A DNA stretch of 64,000 nt from Lama glama (taxonomy: Eukaryota). Location of the stretch: NCBI GenBank assembly GCA_028534125.1, contig CM052817.1, positions 2,668,001 through 2,732,000 on the forward strand, read 5' to 3'. Both the position numbers and the translations under genes were made by a program. This document shows, one piece after another, positions 1 to 12,221 of the stretch; within the stretch, counting starts at the first letter, position 1, and the number at the start of each line of letters is the position of its first letter. Below the pieces are notes generated by a model that saw nothing but the letters and a program-made list of their open reading frames with translations, searched no databases and was not told the DNA's origin.

Positions 1-717
1 TGAAGGGAAGTGGGGGCAAAGCTTTAAGAAGCAAACACAAGTTAAGGACCGTCTGGCTGACGTGTACACGGCCTGCTGTGTGTATGCTGGTAACTTTAAC
101 AGAACTTCTTTTGAACCCCAGATGCCCATGTAAACATGTGTGACACCCTCTCCCCGTCAGACCACACACTCCGGGAGGGCGGGGCAGTGGTGAAAAAACA
201 CACAGGCTCCTGGGCCCTTCTCCCTCCTGCGGCCCTGGGGGACTGGGGTGCAGGAGGGAGGGAGAGCAGGTGCGCAGCGGGGGACCGGCAGGAACTGGGG
301 CCTCCCTCCTCTAAGGGCCCAGGGCCTGGCTGGGAGCTCAGTGTGCTCCCAGTTTGCAGCCAGAGGCCAAAGGAAGGCAAGAAGCGAAGCTCCACCCAGA
401 AAAGCTCCCTGGGAGACAGGAGGCCCCCAGCAAGCAGGCTCCTCCTCCTGCGTGAGGAGGCAGCACACCATGGGGGGGGCCAGCCCGGGGGAGAGGCTGG
501 GAGAATCAAAGCCGCAGGGGTGTGAGCCACATTCTGCCTCCACGTGAGGTGCACACAGCGGGGCGATATTCCAGCTCTAAAACTCCATGAAAATAAAGTT
601 CATTTCATAAGAAAGAGAGGGAGGGAAGGAGGTCTGCAGGGGGTACTCCTCACAGCCTTAGGGAAGGCGAGCGACCTCCCGCAGTGAGACATGAGCGTGG
701 GACAGGCCGGCCCCTAC

Positions 718-834
718 CTTGGAACACCTGGTGGCTGTTCCGCAGCAGCGTCTGCAGGCCCCCGCACTCGCGCTTCAGTCTCTGCAGAGTCTCCCTGTCC
801 AGCTCGCCGGCCACTTCTGCCAAGGAAAGGCTCC
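718..834 (-). CDS. TRMT44: TRMT44 exon 10 (penultimate; last exon outside the window)
   Basis: cag|GGAGCC...CCAAG|gtaggg; SLSLAEVAGELDRETLQRLKRECGGLQTLLRNSHQVFQ; 117 nt, phase 1->1. Confidence 0.94.
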
Positions 835-2806
835 CTGTTGAAAACGGGGATTCCCCCAACAACAAAAAGTCTATTACGAACCTGTGACATAGGCAGAAAC
901 AGCGGGGCCCTGAATCCGAGTTCCATGAAGTTAAATCCTCGTGCACAAGAGGGATTGTGACGGTCCTGTTAGGCCCAGGCCACAGCTCACAGCAGGTGGA
1001 AGTGGGCGCAGAGGCGTCACACCCGAGGGCCAAGGGCTTCCCACCTGCCAGGCCGCGCAGACCACATCCGCAGGGGGCCTCCCAGACACGGAGGGTCAGC
1101 ACTGCGTCGGGCCAGCCCTCAGACCCCAGCACAGGCTGCTGCTGTGGGGCAGGTGCTGTAACTCATCTACGGAGCCCACCTCTCCGCCGCCTTGAACCCT
1201 TCTGAGAGGAGGCAGGCCGTCTAAGGGAAAATGAAAGAATGGCCCAGAAAGGCTTCCCCACCCTCCTGGGTCCTGCCCCTCGTGAACTCCATGGTGCGGT
1301 CTCGAGCTGGCAGCCCTGCACTGCCCGCTGCTCCCTTTGACTCATGCGTATCCTGACCCCAGCAAGAGGGCACCTCCTCCCACCCGAGTCCCGGCAGCCA
1401 TGCCTTGCAGAGGGGAGATACCAGGCCTGGGATTAGGGAGCCCCGGGGATGGACTCACTCATACATTGGGCAGGGCAGAGAAACACTGGTGGCCCCAAGT
1501 CTGGGGGCAGGCTGGGGAAGAGTCACTAATTTCAGTGACCGCGGGAGGGAAGACCACCGCGGGTGAGACCTGCAGCTCAGAGGCTAAAGGCACATGTCCA
1601 CGCCAGGGGGCAGGCCGCTCACGCCTGGTGGGGCAGCGGGAGCATCTTGGACCATCCCCGGACTTACAGGTACCCACCTGGGGAGGACGGCACCTGGCCA
1701 CCTGAGGTCTCCGGGGGCGGGAGGCCTGAGCCCCGACAGTCAGAGCCACTGCCACCTCCCCTGGGCCTGGGAGAAGCCCAGTCTGTGCCCTCTAACAAGG
1801 CGCTCCAGGCAGAGGCCAGCACCTCCCCTGCTCCACTGTTCCCAAAAGATCTTGTGGACGACAGGCTGTCCCGGGAATTAAAGGTCAAAGTCCGTACTTT
1901 CAGATTCACCTGCGGGTCTCGCCGTGGACTGTGTGCCGGCCTCCCTTTCCACCTGGCCCGCCTCGGAAGGGGCGCCTAGGAAGCGGGGTGCCGACCCACA
2001 GAACACCTCACGGCACCTCGGCCTTGTCGGCAGTTACCCAAGTGGTCAGCCACCTGGACCAGGGTGGCGCCGGCCAGGGCTGCCGCCCAGAGAGACTCCG
2101 AATCAGACACTCAGTCAGATGGTTCCTGGAGGAGGGGGACGTCACAAGAACACAGAGATGGGACAGGTGGGGTGACAGAGACAGACTCAGCACACCACTG
2201 ACGCCCGCGGAAGACCAGGCTGTGGGGAGAAGGACCCCCTGTGGAGCCCTCTCTGGCCCGTCCCACCCACAGGGCCCCTGACAGGCGGAGGGCGGGGCCC
2301 AGATCTTCTCCAGTGACCCCAAAACCAGAGGCCAAGGCTGGGCTGCACAGGCAGCCCCACAGTGCCCTCCAGAGGCAAGAAAGAAGCAGTTCCTTCCAGC
2401 AGCCCTGGGGACTCTAAATGCTCGTAACAACTTTTGAAAATAATCAAGACTGTTTGATCCCTGGATCTCCTGAGAGCCTGAGCTTCAGCACGTGGCTTGT
2501 CCCATGAGAACAATCAGACACAAGCATCTGCCTTTCCTGTCTGACTTCTGCATTTTGAAGATTTCAAAGAGAATTAAATGACCATTTCATAGTATCTCTA
2601 AACTCTTACGTATATTCAAGTGGCCAGTGCACTCTTCTGGCCTTCAGTAACCTGCTTCTGTTTGGGTAACTTCTATGGGTTGAAAACGAGTAACGCTGGA
2701 CCTTAAAACTTGGGCATTTCTGTAAAGGTTAACAAAGGGTCCAGACTTCACCACTGAGGCACCCAAAGTCCTGTATGTTAAAAGGAACTACGAAGAAACA
2801 CCTCTG

Positions 2807-2887
2807 TTTTAATGGAGGTGCTGGGGCTTGAAGCCAGGACCCCGTGCATGCTGAGCATGCACTCTACTGCTGACCTGTACCCTCCCC
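2807..2887 (-). mobile_element. tRNA-derived SINE (camelid Vic-1-like)
   Basis: Reverse complement reads GGGGAGGGTACAGGTCAGCAGTAGAGTGCATGCTCAGCATGCACGGGGTCCTGGCTTCAAGCCCCAGCACCTCCATTAAAA: A/B boxes plus A-tail. Confidence 0.85.
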
Positions 2888-3023
2888 GAAGTGAGCTTAT
2901 CAGTGGCCTCACAGTTTCTTTAAAATATACTTAATTAAAAACCACCACACACTTCTTAGCTGGTTCTGAAAAGTGAACAGAGTCGCTGCCTGAAGCCCAG
3001 CAAGGAGCCAGGGTGGGCGTTAC

Positions 3024-3402
3024 CTCCTCGATTCCAGGCCTCCACACCCCCACGGGGGGCACTTCCCGCATCTGACTGCTGCCCGCCCAGGAGTAGACGT
3101 GCCACGCGCAGAACCACTTGGTCAATAAAATCTCGAGGGAGCGTGGCACAGTTCCTCACGCGCTCGGCCTTTTCTCTAGGGTGAAACCCAGACAGCCAGA
3201 GTCCTTTGGGCCGGGCCTCCGCCCCTCGCTGGCCGGCCTGCGCCCCCAGAGCATGTCCGGCCGCGGCGTCCAGGGCTCCGAGACCCTCGCCAGGTGGGCT
3301 CATGGGGCAGCCCCGCCTGCTACTAATGTACTGTGTCCTCTGCTCATCCATGGAAACTTCTGCAGCAGCCGGGTATGTTCTGGATTTCCCGATGAGACAG
3401 AC
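3024..3402 (-). CDS. TRMT44: TRMT44 exon 9
   Basis: cag|GTCTGT...GGAG|gtaac; VCLIGKSRTYP...GFHPREKAERVRNCATLPRDFIDQVVLRVARLLL...WNRG; inside ORF 2956..3510; 379 nt, phase 0->1. Confidence 0.94.
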
Positions 3403-5339
3403 CTGCAGGAGAAACCGGGCAGAGCTAGGCCTCAGCTCCAGGAGCACGTCGATGTGCTCCACGGGGTCCCCTCGCTCTGGAGCACAAATCCCACAGAAGG
3501 TTAGACACATCCATGAAAGGACTCCTTCTTTTAGAAACTAATCCAGAAACAGTGATTCAAAGAAGAAACAACTGCTGGCTTGAGCCTGGGCGATACCTCC
3601 TCGCGCGGACCCCGCGGGGGCCTGACGCGCATGCATGGGCCAAGGGCACATCTACGGGGCTCGTCAGCTGTGCCCCGTCTTAAACACGTCCCTGTGTCAG
3701 CCCTCCCTGCACCCCGCCCTGGCCCACAGGCGGACCCTGCTGGGGTCAGGAGCTCTCGAGGGGGCTGTGAAATAATGAGAAGTCTCTCTGTCAACCTGGC
3801 CAGAGCGCGGGGAAGAGTGTGTGAACCTGACAGAGCGCTTGGCAGGGTGTAGACGCCCAATTCACACTGTTCTCTTCCCTCTTCGTGTGTCCAGACGGAG
3901 GTCGTCCTCAGGAGCCCCTGGGAAAGCAACCCCATCCAGCGAGGCTGCCACAAGCACAGGCTCTCAGGACGTCCTCCTTGGGCACGAACCAGAAAGCCAG
4001 GTGACGGGCGATGGAGGCGAGAGAATCTGATTACACCAGAGCCACCCCTTACTGCTCTCCAGCTCTGCACCTGCCGACCGTGCAGTCTTGGGCAGGCGAC
4101 AACTTCCTGTGTGGGAATGACAGTGCCTGGCATGTAACCAGTCCTCCATTAACCGCTGCTGTGGACACCCACACTTGCATCTGATCCCCAAGCCATCCAA
4201 TTAAACGAACACTGAGGCTCAGGAGATTAAGCCTGAGTCCATGGTCTCCGGCAACTAGTAACAAGAAAGGCAAACATCAAAACTGCAGGTCCTCGTGCCC
4301 ACTGGCATGACCCTAACTCACGCAGCTTCAAAATTCAATTCCAACCTCAGGAGACTGTGACTTGCCAAAACAGAGGACATTTAGGAGAAAGTCATGAAGG
4401 CTCTGAAGATGAGTCCCAAAGGGAATTTTCAAAATGACTCTGAGCCGTGACAGCAGTGACGTGCCTGAAGCCGACCGAGGGGACCAACCACTGCCAGCGG
4501 GCGAGCGCCTGCGGGGAAGGCCCGGCGCCAGCCAGGGCAGCCGCCTCTCCCCGGCGGCAGGGGAGGACTCGGGCACGGAGCGTTCATAATGCGCCCACGG
4601 GGGCACTGCTAGAAAGTGGGTGGCAGGGCCAAGAGTTAAGCTCAAGTCTCTGATCCTTTTCACCGCTGTCAAGCCACCAAGCTGAGATCTGAATGGCTGG
4701 CTTTTGTGTTTTGTTTTTCAAAAAAAAAAGCACACTGACGGGCACAGAGTCTTATAAAAGACATGACCAGGGATTAACGCGGAACCCCGCCTGGCTCTCT
4801 CAAAGGTTCAGGCCCCTGGTAAGTCTGCCCTCACTGCCCGGCAGGGTCGCAGACAGTGCAAAGGTCAATTTCTACCTGGAAAAATTACGTTTCAGGTAAA
4901 TCTGAACTAGTGAGGCTTTTAATGAGAAATTTGAAAATCATTTTGTATTTCTGAAGCAAACTTCAATTTCAGCCAATTATCTGGGAATCCGAATCAGAAG
5001 TTAGAACATTCAGCCTCAGACACTGAGGCCAGAAATCTGCACAAGAGGGAAGCGGACAGCTTCTCTGGGAAGGTCCCCTACGGCCATTCACAGCTTCTGC
5101 AGAGGCCGTGAAGATGAGGCGAGGGTTCTCACACAGCTGCTACGGGCCTGGGCCTGCAAAGGAGGGGCCCACAGACCCAGACCGGCCTGACGGAGGCGCT
5201 GGAACCAGCACAGGCGCCTTCGGGACATTCACTTCCAAACACCACAGTGTCATCACTGGTTCTGTGGCAAGGCTCCAAGTTTCCCATCTAAACACCAGCA
5301 CCTCACCCTCCCAGAACAGCCAAGGCGATCAGGACGTAC

Positions 5340-5523
5340 CCTTTTGGTAGAAGGAATTCTAAGGCAGTCCTCCTCTACGTGAAATCCACAGGCCGACCCC
5401 ACCTCCGTGAGGAAGTCCAGGTATCCTCGGTACTGGGTCTTCGCGCTCTGCCGCCGCTGGTATTTTCCAATGAAATCAAAGAAGCAGCAGGGAAGGACGA
5501 AGAAACGGCAGTGGTAGGAAGAC
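5340..5523 (-). CDS. TRMT44: TRMT44 exon 8
   Basis: aag|GTCTTCC...AAAAGG|gtacgt; SSYHCRFFVLPCCFFDFIGKY...GFHVEEDCLRIPSTKR; 184 nt, phase 2->0. Confidence 0.95.
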
Positions 5524-6031
5524 CTTCAAAGACAACCAGCAACCATAGAAGCCAAAAGTCTTGAATGAACTCATTAAAGAAAATTCAGCTGAAAGCCTCA
5601 GCAGCAGGGCACCAGGACAAAAGGCAACTGACGCGCTGCTGGCTAATTCTGTTAGCCGGTGTAAAAATGAATTACAGCCTTCCCCGACTTAATTTCTAGA
5701 AACAACATAGCATGGTATCTTCCCAATCAGAAATGAATCTAATTATTCTTATAAAAACGTCTTCCTACTGCACTCACCATCAACTGTATTACATTTTCTA
5801 TTGTGTGTATCAGCAACCGCGATCTAAAACCCCCTGAACTACTCTGAGATTTCAGCTGTGAATAAAAAATTTCGGAAGTAGGCACAGAAAGATTCAGACT
5901 TGCCCCTTGACCTGTTGTTCTAAACCAGTGCAAAAGAACGGGCCGAGAGGGCGTCGTGTTTGGTGAGGTAACTCGGATGAAGACAAAGGCTGCATGCTGT
6001 CGCTTACATGTTGTGTCTAAAAGTAAGACAA

Positions 6032-6221
6032 GGGAGGAGGGCGCAGCTCAGGGGTAGCGTGCGTGTTGGCGTGCGCGTGGTCCTGGGGCAGTGCCCAGGA
6101 CCTCCATCCTGTACACCAGAGAGTGATTTGTTTTTAATTGAAGTACAATCACAATGTGTCAATCAATAAACAAACAAACAACTAAACCTAATCACCCTCC
6201 CCATTAAATAAATAAATAAAA
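6032..6221 (+). mobile_element. Degenerate Vic-1-like SINE with an embedded L1 3'-end fragment
   Basis: gggaggagggcgcagctcaggggtag...gacctcc head and (aaac)n/(aaat)n tail with ctaatcaccctcccc. Confidence 0.7.
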
Positions 6222-6237
6222 CGAAGGTTCTAAAAAG

Positions 6238-6490
6238 AGACTCAGATATAGAGATTGACATCGTGGTGAGCAGTGGGGAACGGGAGGGAGGGGACGAGAC
6301 AGGGTGAGGGGAGTAAGAGGCACAAACTACTCTGCATAAAACAAACTGCAAGGAAACACCGCACAGCATGGGGAACAGAGACACTATTTTATAGTAGTTA
6401 TAAATGGAGTATTATCTATAAAAATTTTGAATCACGTTGTACACATGAAACTAATGTAATATCGTAAATCACCTGACCCCAGTTTAAGGA
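6238..6490 (+). mobile_element. L1 3'UTR fragment
   Basis: Resembles the laurasiatherian L1 3' end (gaggcacaaactact...tgtacacatgaaactaatgtaatatcgtaaatca). Boundaries approximate. Confidence 0.7.
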
Positions 6491-7017
6491 AAATCAATCA
6501 CTAAGTCAGTCGAAGAGAACCCTGGATGAGACCTGGCAATGAAATATGAAGGGGAAGCAGGGTGCCCCCATCTCAACGAAGTCTCCCCAACACTGAAGCA
6601 GGAGCCGTCTCTGACCAATGCAGAGCGCTCCCACTTTGAAGAGACAAATATCTCAGCAGAGAGTCTTCATACCGACAGACAAATCGTCCTGTTACCAGAA
6701 AAACTTCCCAGAAGACACCTTTCAACACTGGATAAAAACACTGCAGAATTAACCACAGTGCACAACAGAAATAGAATGCGACCCGCATGCATCATTTTGT
6801 ATTTTCTGGTACCCATATCTTAAACAGTGAAATAAAACAGGAGGAGTTTATTTTAAACGTAACCCAACATTCCAATACATTATCATTAAACAATCTGAAC
6901 AAGCGACACTCCAAGTGCTCAACAGCCACAGGCAGCCCGTGGCTACTGTCGTGGTCAGTGGGCTCAATCAACAGAAGACCCCCCCCACCCACCGTGCTAG
7001 CATCTCCACCTACCCAC

Positions 7018-7124
7018 CTGGCTGCAATGACAGGTATCCAGGGTGTCAGTTCGTCGGAATGGTTTCCGATTAACCAATCAGCGTCAGGAAAAAGGGTGTT
7101 ATCATTCGGTGTGACTGCACCTTC
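7018..7124 (-). CDS. TRMT44: TRMT44 exon 7
   Basis: tag|GAAGGT...GCCAG|gtgggt; EGAVTPNDNTLFPDADWLIGNHSDELTPWIPVIAAR (conserved GNHSDELTPW); 107 nt, phase 0->2. Confidence 0.95.
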
Positions 7125-8948
7125 CTAAAAGAAAGACACAAAACAAGTCCGAACATCTAGTGAATAAAAGCAGAGCTACTGAGACAGCACGACTCAGAGG
7201 GGATGAAGGCTGGAGCCCCCTCTGCAGAACCACAGCTGCTCCCGCCCCGGCTCAGCCCCTCTGGGCTGCCGGGTCTTCAAGTACAAAAGGCCAAGGCTGG
7301 ACTAGGAGTGAGAGCGAGCGCTCCTGGTGCAGGCCAGCCCGAGGGTACGGAATTCTGCAGCCTTTAGCACCATTACCGGGGAGCCAACGTCACTCGTCTG
7401 AGTGCTCATATCTCCTGATAATTAAAAATATCCTTTTCACATAAACAGAAGAGGGAGTGAGAGGAATATGGGACCTGTGAACCACTCTACTTGTGGCAGA
7501 AAATGGAAGCCAGAAACGGCCTGAAGGGTGGGGGCCTGGAGAGCAGCCAGGCCTGGGGATAATCTGAGTGCACCCCATGACCCACTGACACCACCTCAAC
7601 ACCATACAGGAAGCATCTACGCACATAAGCAGGTGTATATCTTCCCCGTTAGACTGTTACCTTCTGTAAACTCTAAGACGGCAAGTTTTTACCCACTGAG
7701 TAGCATGTGACCCATTGTGACAATTTCTGCAGTTAACCTATAAACAGCTTGCTTTATGATTTAAAAACTTTAAATGAACACCCCATCCTTTCTGCTAATT
7801 AGCAGACCATCATTAATTTTTAAATCAAATCTCAACAGGGAATCTGCCAGTAAAAACTGGAAGTAAGCAGATGTGTTATTCCTCGATCAGAACAAACAGG
7901 GAAGACGTTACGTTAACACTCACTTTCAAAGCCATTCTTTCTAACAATAAAACTGCAACACAAGAGACTTTTGCAGACCTGATGGATACAAAAATAGAAT
8001 TTAAATTCTTCTTTTGGCTCTTAAATAAGCATGTGTGCCTCTGTTTGCATATACATTAAAATGCTAAAAATAATAATTTCAGTAAAATACTGAAAATGGT
8101 CTATATATAAAACTTAAAAGCAGGAAAACCAAACTTTTTGATACTGTTTATTCTTTATTCCCACCCATTCTAGATCTAAATCTGCCTATCTCTTTAAATG
8201 GCCTACATTTATAAAAACACAAATTACACTTAGTAATTACAATAATCACATTTACAGTTATCCTTCCAACAGTATGCTGGACAACAAAGCCCCACCAATT
8301 TTAGAAAACGTTTTAATTGAAATTTTGAACGAGCAAATTGCAGTATTTCTATTTCATGTATAGCTCCACTAACGAAACTAAGGCAGGGCGATCACCACAT
8401 GCTGTTATTAAAAGCACATGTTTTTCTTATCAGTCTCTTGTTTACAATCAAACACGGTTTTGAAAGAAAGAAAACAAGCCGTCCCCCATGCCTGGCCTGC
8501 TGAACGTCCAGACTGTGCCCGTCCACGGGGGTCACGCACTCACCAAGGAGCCCGTGAACACCAGGCATTCACCGACAAAGGCCACCGCGTTTCGGGCCAC
8601 GCAGAAGCGTGCCAGAGGTGTGGCTGGCGTCCAGCCTCTCACTTGACCCCGCAGCACGCCGGACTCTTCTAGCACTACGACTGGAGGTCCAGGGGTAGCA
8701 AGACAAGACGCACGAGGCGAGGGCACGGCACTCTCCCAGCCGGCCTTGCCGAGCGACTTTCCCGACCCCGTGGGAAAGTCTGGAGCAGGCTGCTGGGGAA
8801 ACTCAAATAAAGAGCTAGACTCTTCTGCCTGTTCTCCGAGGGCACACCATGCCGGCCAGCTCTTCCCTGGGGCCATGATTCAAACAGAGACCCAGTTCAA
8901 CTGCTGTTTGAACTTTTTACCCAAAGAACTTACTTTGCTTTTCTGCCT

Positions 8949-9014
8949 GGGGCACGGGGGGCCTGCGGTCAGCTGTGCGCCCGGGGCACGGGGCCCTGCG
9001 GTCAGCTGTGCGCC
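8949..9014. repeat. Two-copy ~33-bp tandem repeat
   Basis: ggggcacggggggcctgcggtcagctgtgcgcc (8949-8981) and ggggcacggggccctgcggtcagctgtgcgcc (8983-9014). Confidence 0.9.
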
Positions 9015-9974
9015 TGCTTTAGTTTTGATCGGCCTCTTGCCAGCACTTGGAGCCCGAATTGATCAGCTGTGTAAGAACACAGTACTCTGCCCTCTGGCAG
9101 ACAAGAATCTGCATCCTAGTGACAGGCACGCATTTTAGCTCAGGGACAAAGGTCTTGAGGCAATGCTGGCAGCTGAGTGGCAGAAGCCCTGTGTCGGGAG
9201 GGGTGGCGGCCCCCAGGTGCCCCAGAGCTAAGGACGTGGCCCCCATGGCTGCGCGCCCCCGGCTGGCTCAGAGACCTGGGCCAGAGACCCACAGGGGTGG
9301 ACATCTGACCCCAGACCTGCTGAGGAGGGTGCTGCCAAGGAGACACCCACCCACCTCCTCCCCAGGGAGACCCCTCTCTGATCCGCCGGAGCTGCTCCCG
9401 ACCACAGCTGGGGCAGCTGGGTTCACTCCAGCCCGGCGGTCACGGCTGAGATCAGGCTACTGGAGGGCTCAGGGCAAACGTGCCGTCCGTGTCACAGGCA
9501 GTCTGTGGCCCACGGCACTGCACCTGAGGCTCAGCAGTGTGCCCCCTGTGTGCTCCTCAAAGGCCCCCATGGCGCCCCTACCCTGGCCCGGTCCCGGCAG
9601 GGTGGGCACCCAACTGCAAGTGAGTGTCGGAACACGTGGCCCGTCTCAGGCCCCAGAGAACATGTGAGAAGGCCGAGGGGCTGTCCTCTGCCCCAAAGAT
9701 AGCATGTGAGCGCCCGCGGGAGACACAAGGTGTGGACCAGACCTGGGTGGACCCAGCACCTGCGGCTCCAGAGGGCAGCATCTTCTCTTCAGTTTAACCC
9801 CCAGGCTTTGGAAAGGCAAAAGGCCCACCCTCCTTTGAAGCTCCAGCACACTGAGATGAAGGCGCGCTGTTACGGTTAGTAGTTCTGATTGACCGACACG
9901 CAGACATATGCTCCTTAAAACAACTGCCAGCGGGGACAACTGTGTGCGGGCACGTGACCCAACAGAGCCTGTAC

Positions 9975-10046
9975 CTCCAAGTGCGTCTGGGGTCCATACA
10001 TGTCCCAGATGTTTCTTCTTCGGACATCAATCCCTCTGCCTGGGTG
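9975..10046 (-). CDS. TRMT44: TRMT44 exon 6
   Basis: cag|CACCCA...TTGGAG|gtacag; HPGRGIDVRRRNIWDMYGPQTHLE; 72 nt. Confidence 0.95.
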
Positions 10047-10535
10047 CTGAAACAATTTCAGAAATCAAAGGTTAAGGCTAGTGCATTGTAACAGATCAAC
10101 GAGAACGCATCAGGCTCTGCAGGTGTCGCCGCCCGCATGACACGAGAGAGGCCCCGCGCGCCTCAGCTCCTGCAGACACTCGCGCCCTCGGGGCACAGAG
10201 AAGAGCCCTCACCACTGAGTCTCCATGAAGGCGACAAGGAGCCGGGCCGGTGGGAGCACCTCCAGCCCCAGGAAACATACCTGGAGAGGGAACGGCTCAC
10301 CTGCTCTCAGTTAAGTTCAGATCTCAGGCGCGCCTGCTGCTCCGGGCAACGGAGACAAGACCCGTCCTCTTGGGTGGTTCTCATCCCCCCACTGTGATCA
10401 CACTCAGCTCTCAGGTCCCCCTCCCCCGCACCACTCTCAGGTCACCGCCCGATGTGCTGGCATCCCACGGACAACCTGTTTAGGTATCACAAACTCATCC
10501 TTTTACAAAGTACTTCAAAAAGTAACCTGTTCCAA

Positions 10536-10629
10536 GGGAGGATATAGCTCAAATGATAGAGCACATGCTTAGCATGCACAGGGTCCTGGGTTCAATCCCC
10601 AGTACCATTAAAAAAAAGAAAAAAAAAAT
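10536..10629 (+). mobile_element. Vic-1-like SINE with target-site duplication
   Basis: gggaggatatagctcaaatgatagagcacatgcttagcatgcacagggtcctgggttcaatccccag plus poly(A). TSD core CTGTTCCAA at 10527-10535 and 10630-10638. Confidence 0.9.
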
Positions 10630-11288
10630 CTGTTCCAAAGCTCCACAGCCGAGGAAAGACTGTCCATCCACAGGACAGATGCTGTGGTTGGAAGAAAATC
10701 AGCCTCCGGGTCAGCACGAATGGGCTTCAATCCCAGCCGTCGCCCTCCAGCGTGAAGCTGCTGACCAGCAGCTCACTCCGCCAGGCATCGGGGCGGCGGC
10801 GCCGGAGAGCTGGGGGCGCAGGCGCTGATGGCCAGGCTGCCTGAGTGGCTCCCCTGCCACGGCTGCTCTAAGCCCTCATTGCCTGCGCTTCCCTATGCGA
10901 AGACGGGTGCAAGACTGAGTATGACAGTTTCACATGTATGTGTACACGACTGTCCTGAGCCAGAGTTTATTTTCGCAAAGACAGAACCCACCTTATCCTT
11001 TACTCCTCTCCCCATGCCTTGAAATGGTGGGTTTTCCAGGAAAACACCGACAACAAAAACATACGGCTGTTGAAAGCGTGCCGTTTCACAGGCACAGGCC
11101 ACGTGTCCCCAAGAACCCTCTCCTAGTCTAGGGAGGTCACCGTCTCTGCCCTCCCGTTTTACAAGCCACCTGTTCTCCAATGACACACACTGTTCTGACA
11201 GCCAGATCATACCAGCAGAGAAAGATCTTGTGCTGGACCTGAAGACACTCTAGCAAAGGGACAAGAAACGGCAATGAGCCTGCTTTAC

Positions 11289-11396
11289 CCCCTCACTGCT
11301 CAGGATGTGGACCAGGAGGCCGTTCCCGCAGCCGAGGTCGACAAAGGACTGCTTAGCTGTCAGTCCGCGCTCAGCTCTCTCTTCTTCCCATAGAAT
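11289..11396 (-). CDS. TRMT44: TRMT44 exon 5 (SAM-binding motif I)
   Basis: tag|ATTCTA...GAGGGG|gtaaag; ILWEEERAERGLTAKQSFVDLGCGNGLLVHILSSEG, containing the class I methyltransferase DLGCGNG motif; 108 nt. Confidence 0.96.
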
Positions 11397-12152
11397 CTAA
11401 GAAGAGAAAAAACAGTCAGCTTGTGACTCGCTCTCCTCCACAGGAGCTCAGACTCAAGCCCCGGTGGGACTACAAATCACTCTCCCAGAACAGGCGACAC
11501 CCAGGGGAGCAGAGGGCGGTGGGGACCAGCCCCACTGTCCTCATCCGATGCCGCCTGGGCACCAAAGCCGCCTTCCTCCATCCAGAGTCCACGCTCATGT
11601 GGTCATCTCCGGGCAAGAGCTCTACAGATTACTGTTAGTTTCTTCAGGCTTTCTCTACATTCTTCAAGTTACACTTTGATAAACAAAACAAACTATCTCA
11701 TTTCTAAGAAGCTAAAGATATTTACAGTTGAAAGAAAGTTGGAAATTACCTAAACATCTCATAAATAAGAAAATGAAGACTATGAAGTTAAAGGGCATGC
11801 CCAAATCTAGGTGGTGAGCAAGCTGCCGAGGAAGGTCTGGAACCAGAAACACGGAATGCTAGGGCTGGGGGGCGGGGCACAGATACGTCAGCCAGCACCT
11901 CCACGTTCCGTGTCAACTGTGAGTCGTGAAAGCACCGGTTCAGCTCGAATCCCTGCAGTGACCCTTCACAACTCAAACCTGTCCTACACTCACGCACCAT
12001 GAAACGTTAGAATAAAAAAATCACATGTGCAACCAACCTGGGCAAAAAGAACTACAAACACCCTAAGCTATGGATGTGATAAACGGCTGCTCACTGCCAC
12101 CTCCCAGGAGCTGCCTCCCACCCACTGAGGCTTAGATCACACACGTTCTTAC

Positions 12153-12221
12153 CAGCAGGTAGGCAGCAATCGCCACATCCTCATATACAAACTTCTCAGG
12201 ATCAGTTACTTCAGGCCACAC
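12153..12221 (-). CDS. TRMT44: TRMT44 exon 4
   Basis: tag|GTGTGG...CTGCTG|gtaag; VWPEVTDPEKFVYEDVAIAAYLL; 69 nt. Confidence 0.95.

Noticed and set aside
1..717. TRMT44 last exon or an independent small gene
   Set aside because: The expected terminal peptide with its CCCH-type motif is not seen. The ORFs here are intronic noise.
10536..10629. tRNA genes (A/B-box sequences here and at 2807, 19794, 29131, 29983)
   Set aside because: Poly(A) tails, a TSD, multiple diverged copies and no proper acceptor stem identify them as SINEs.
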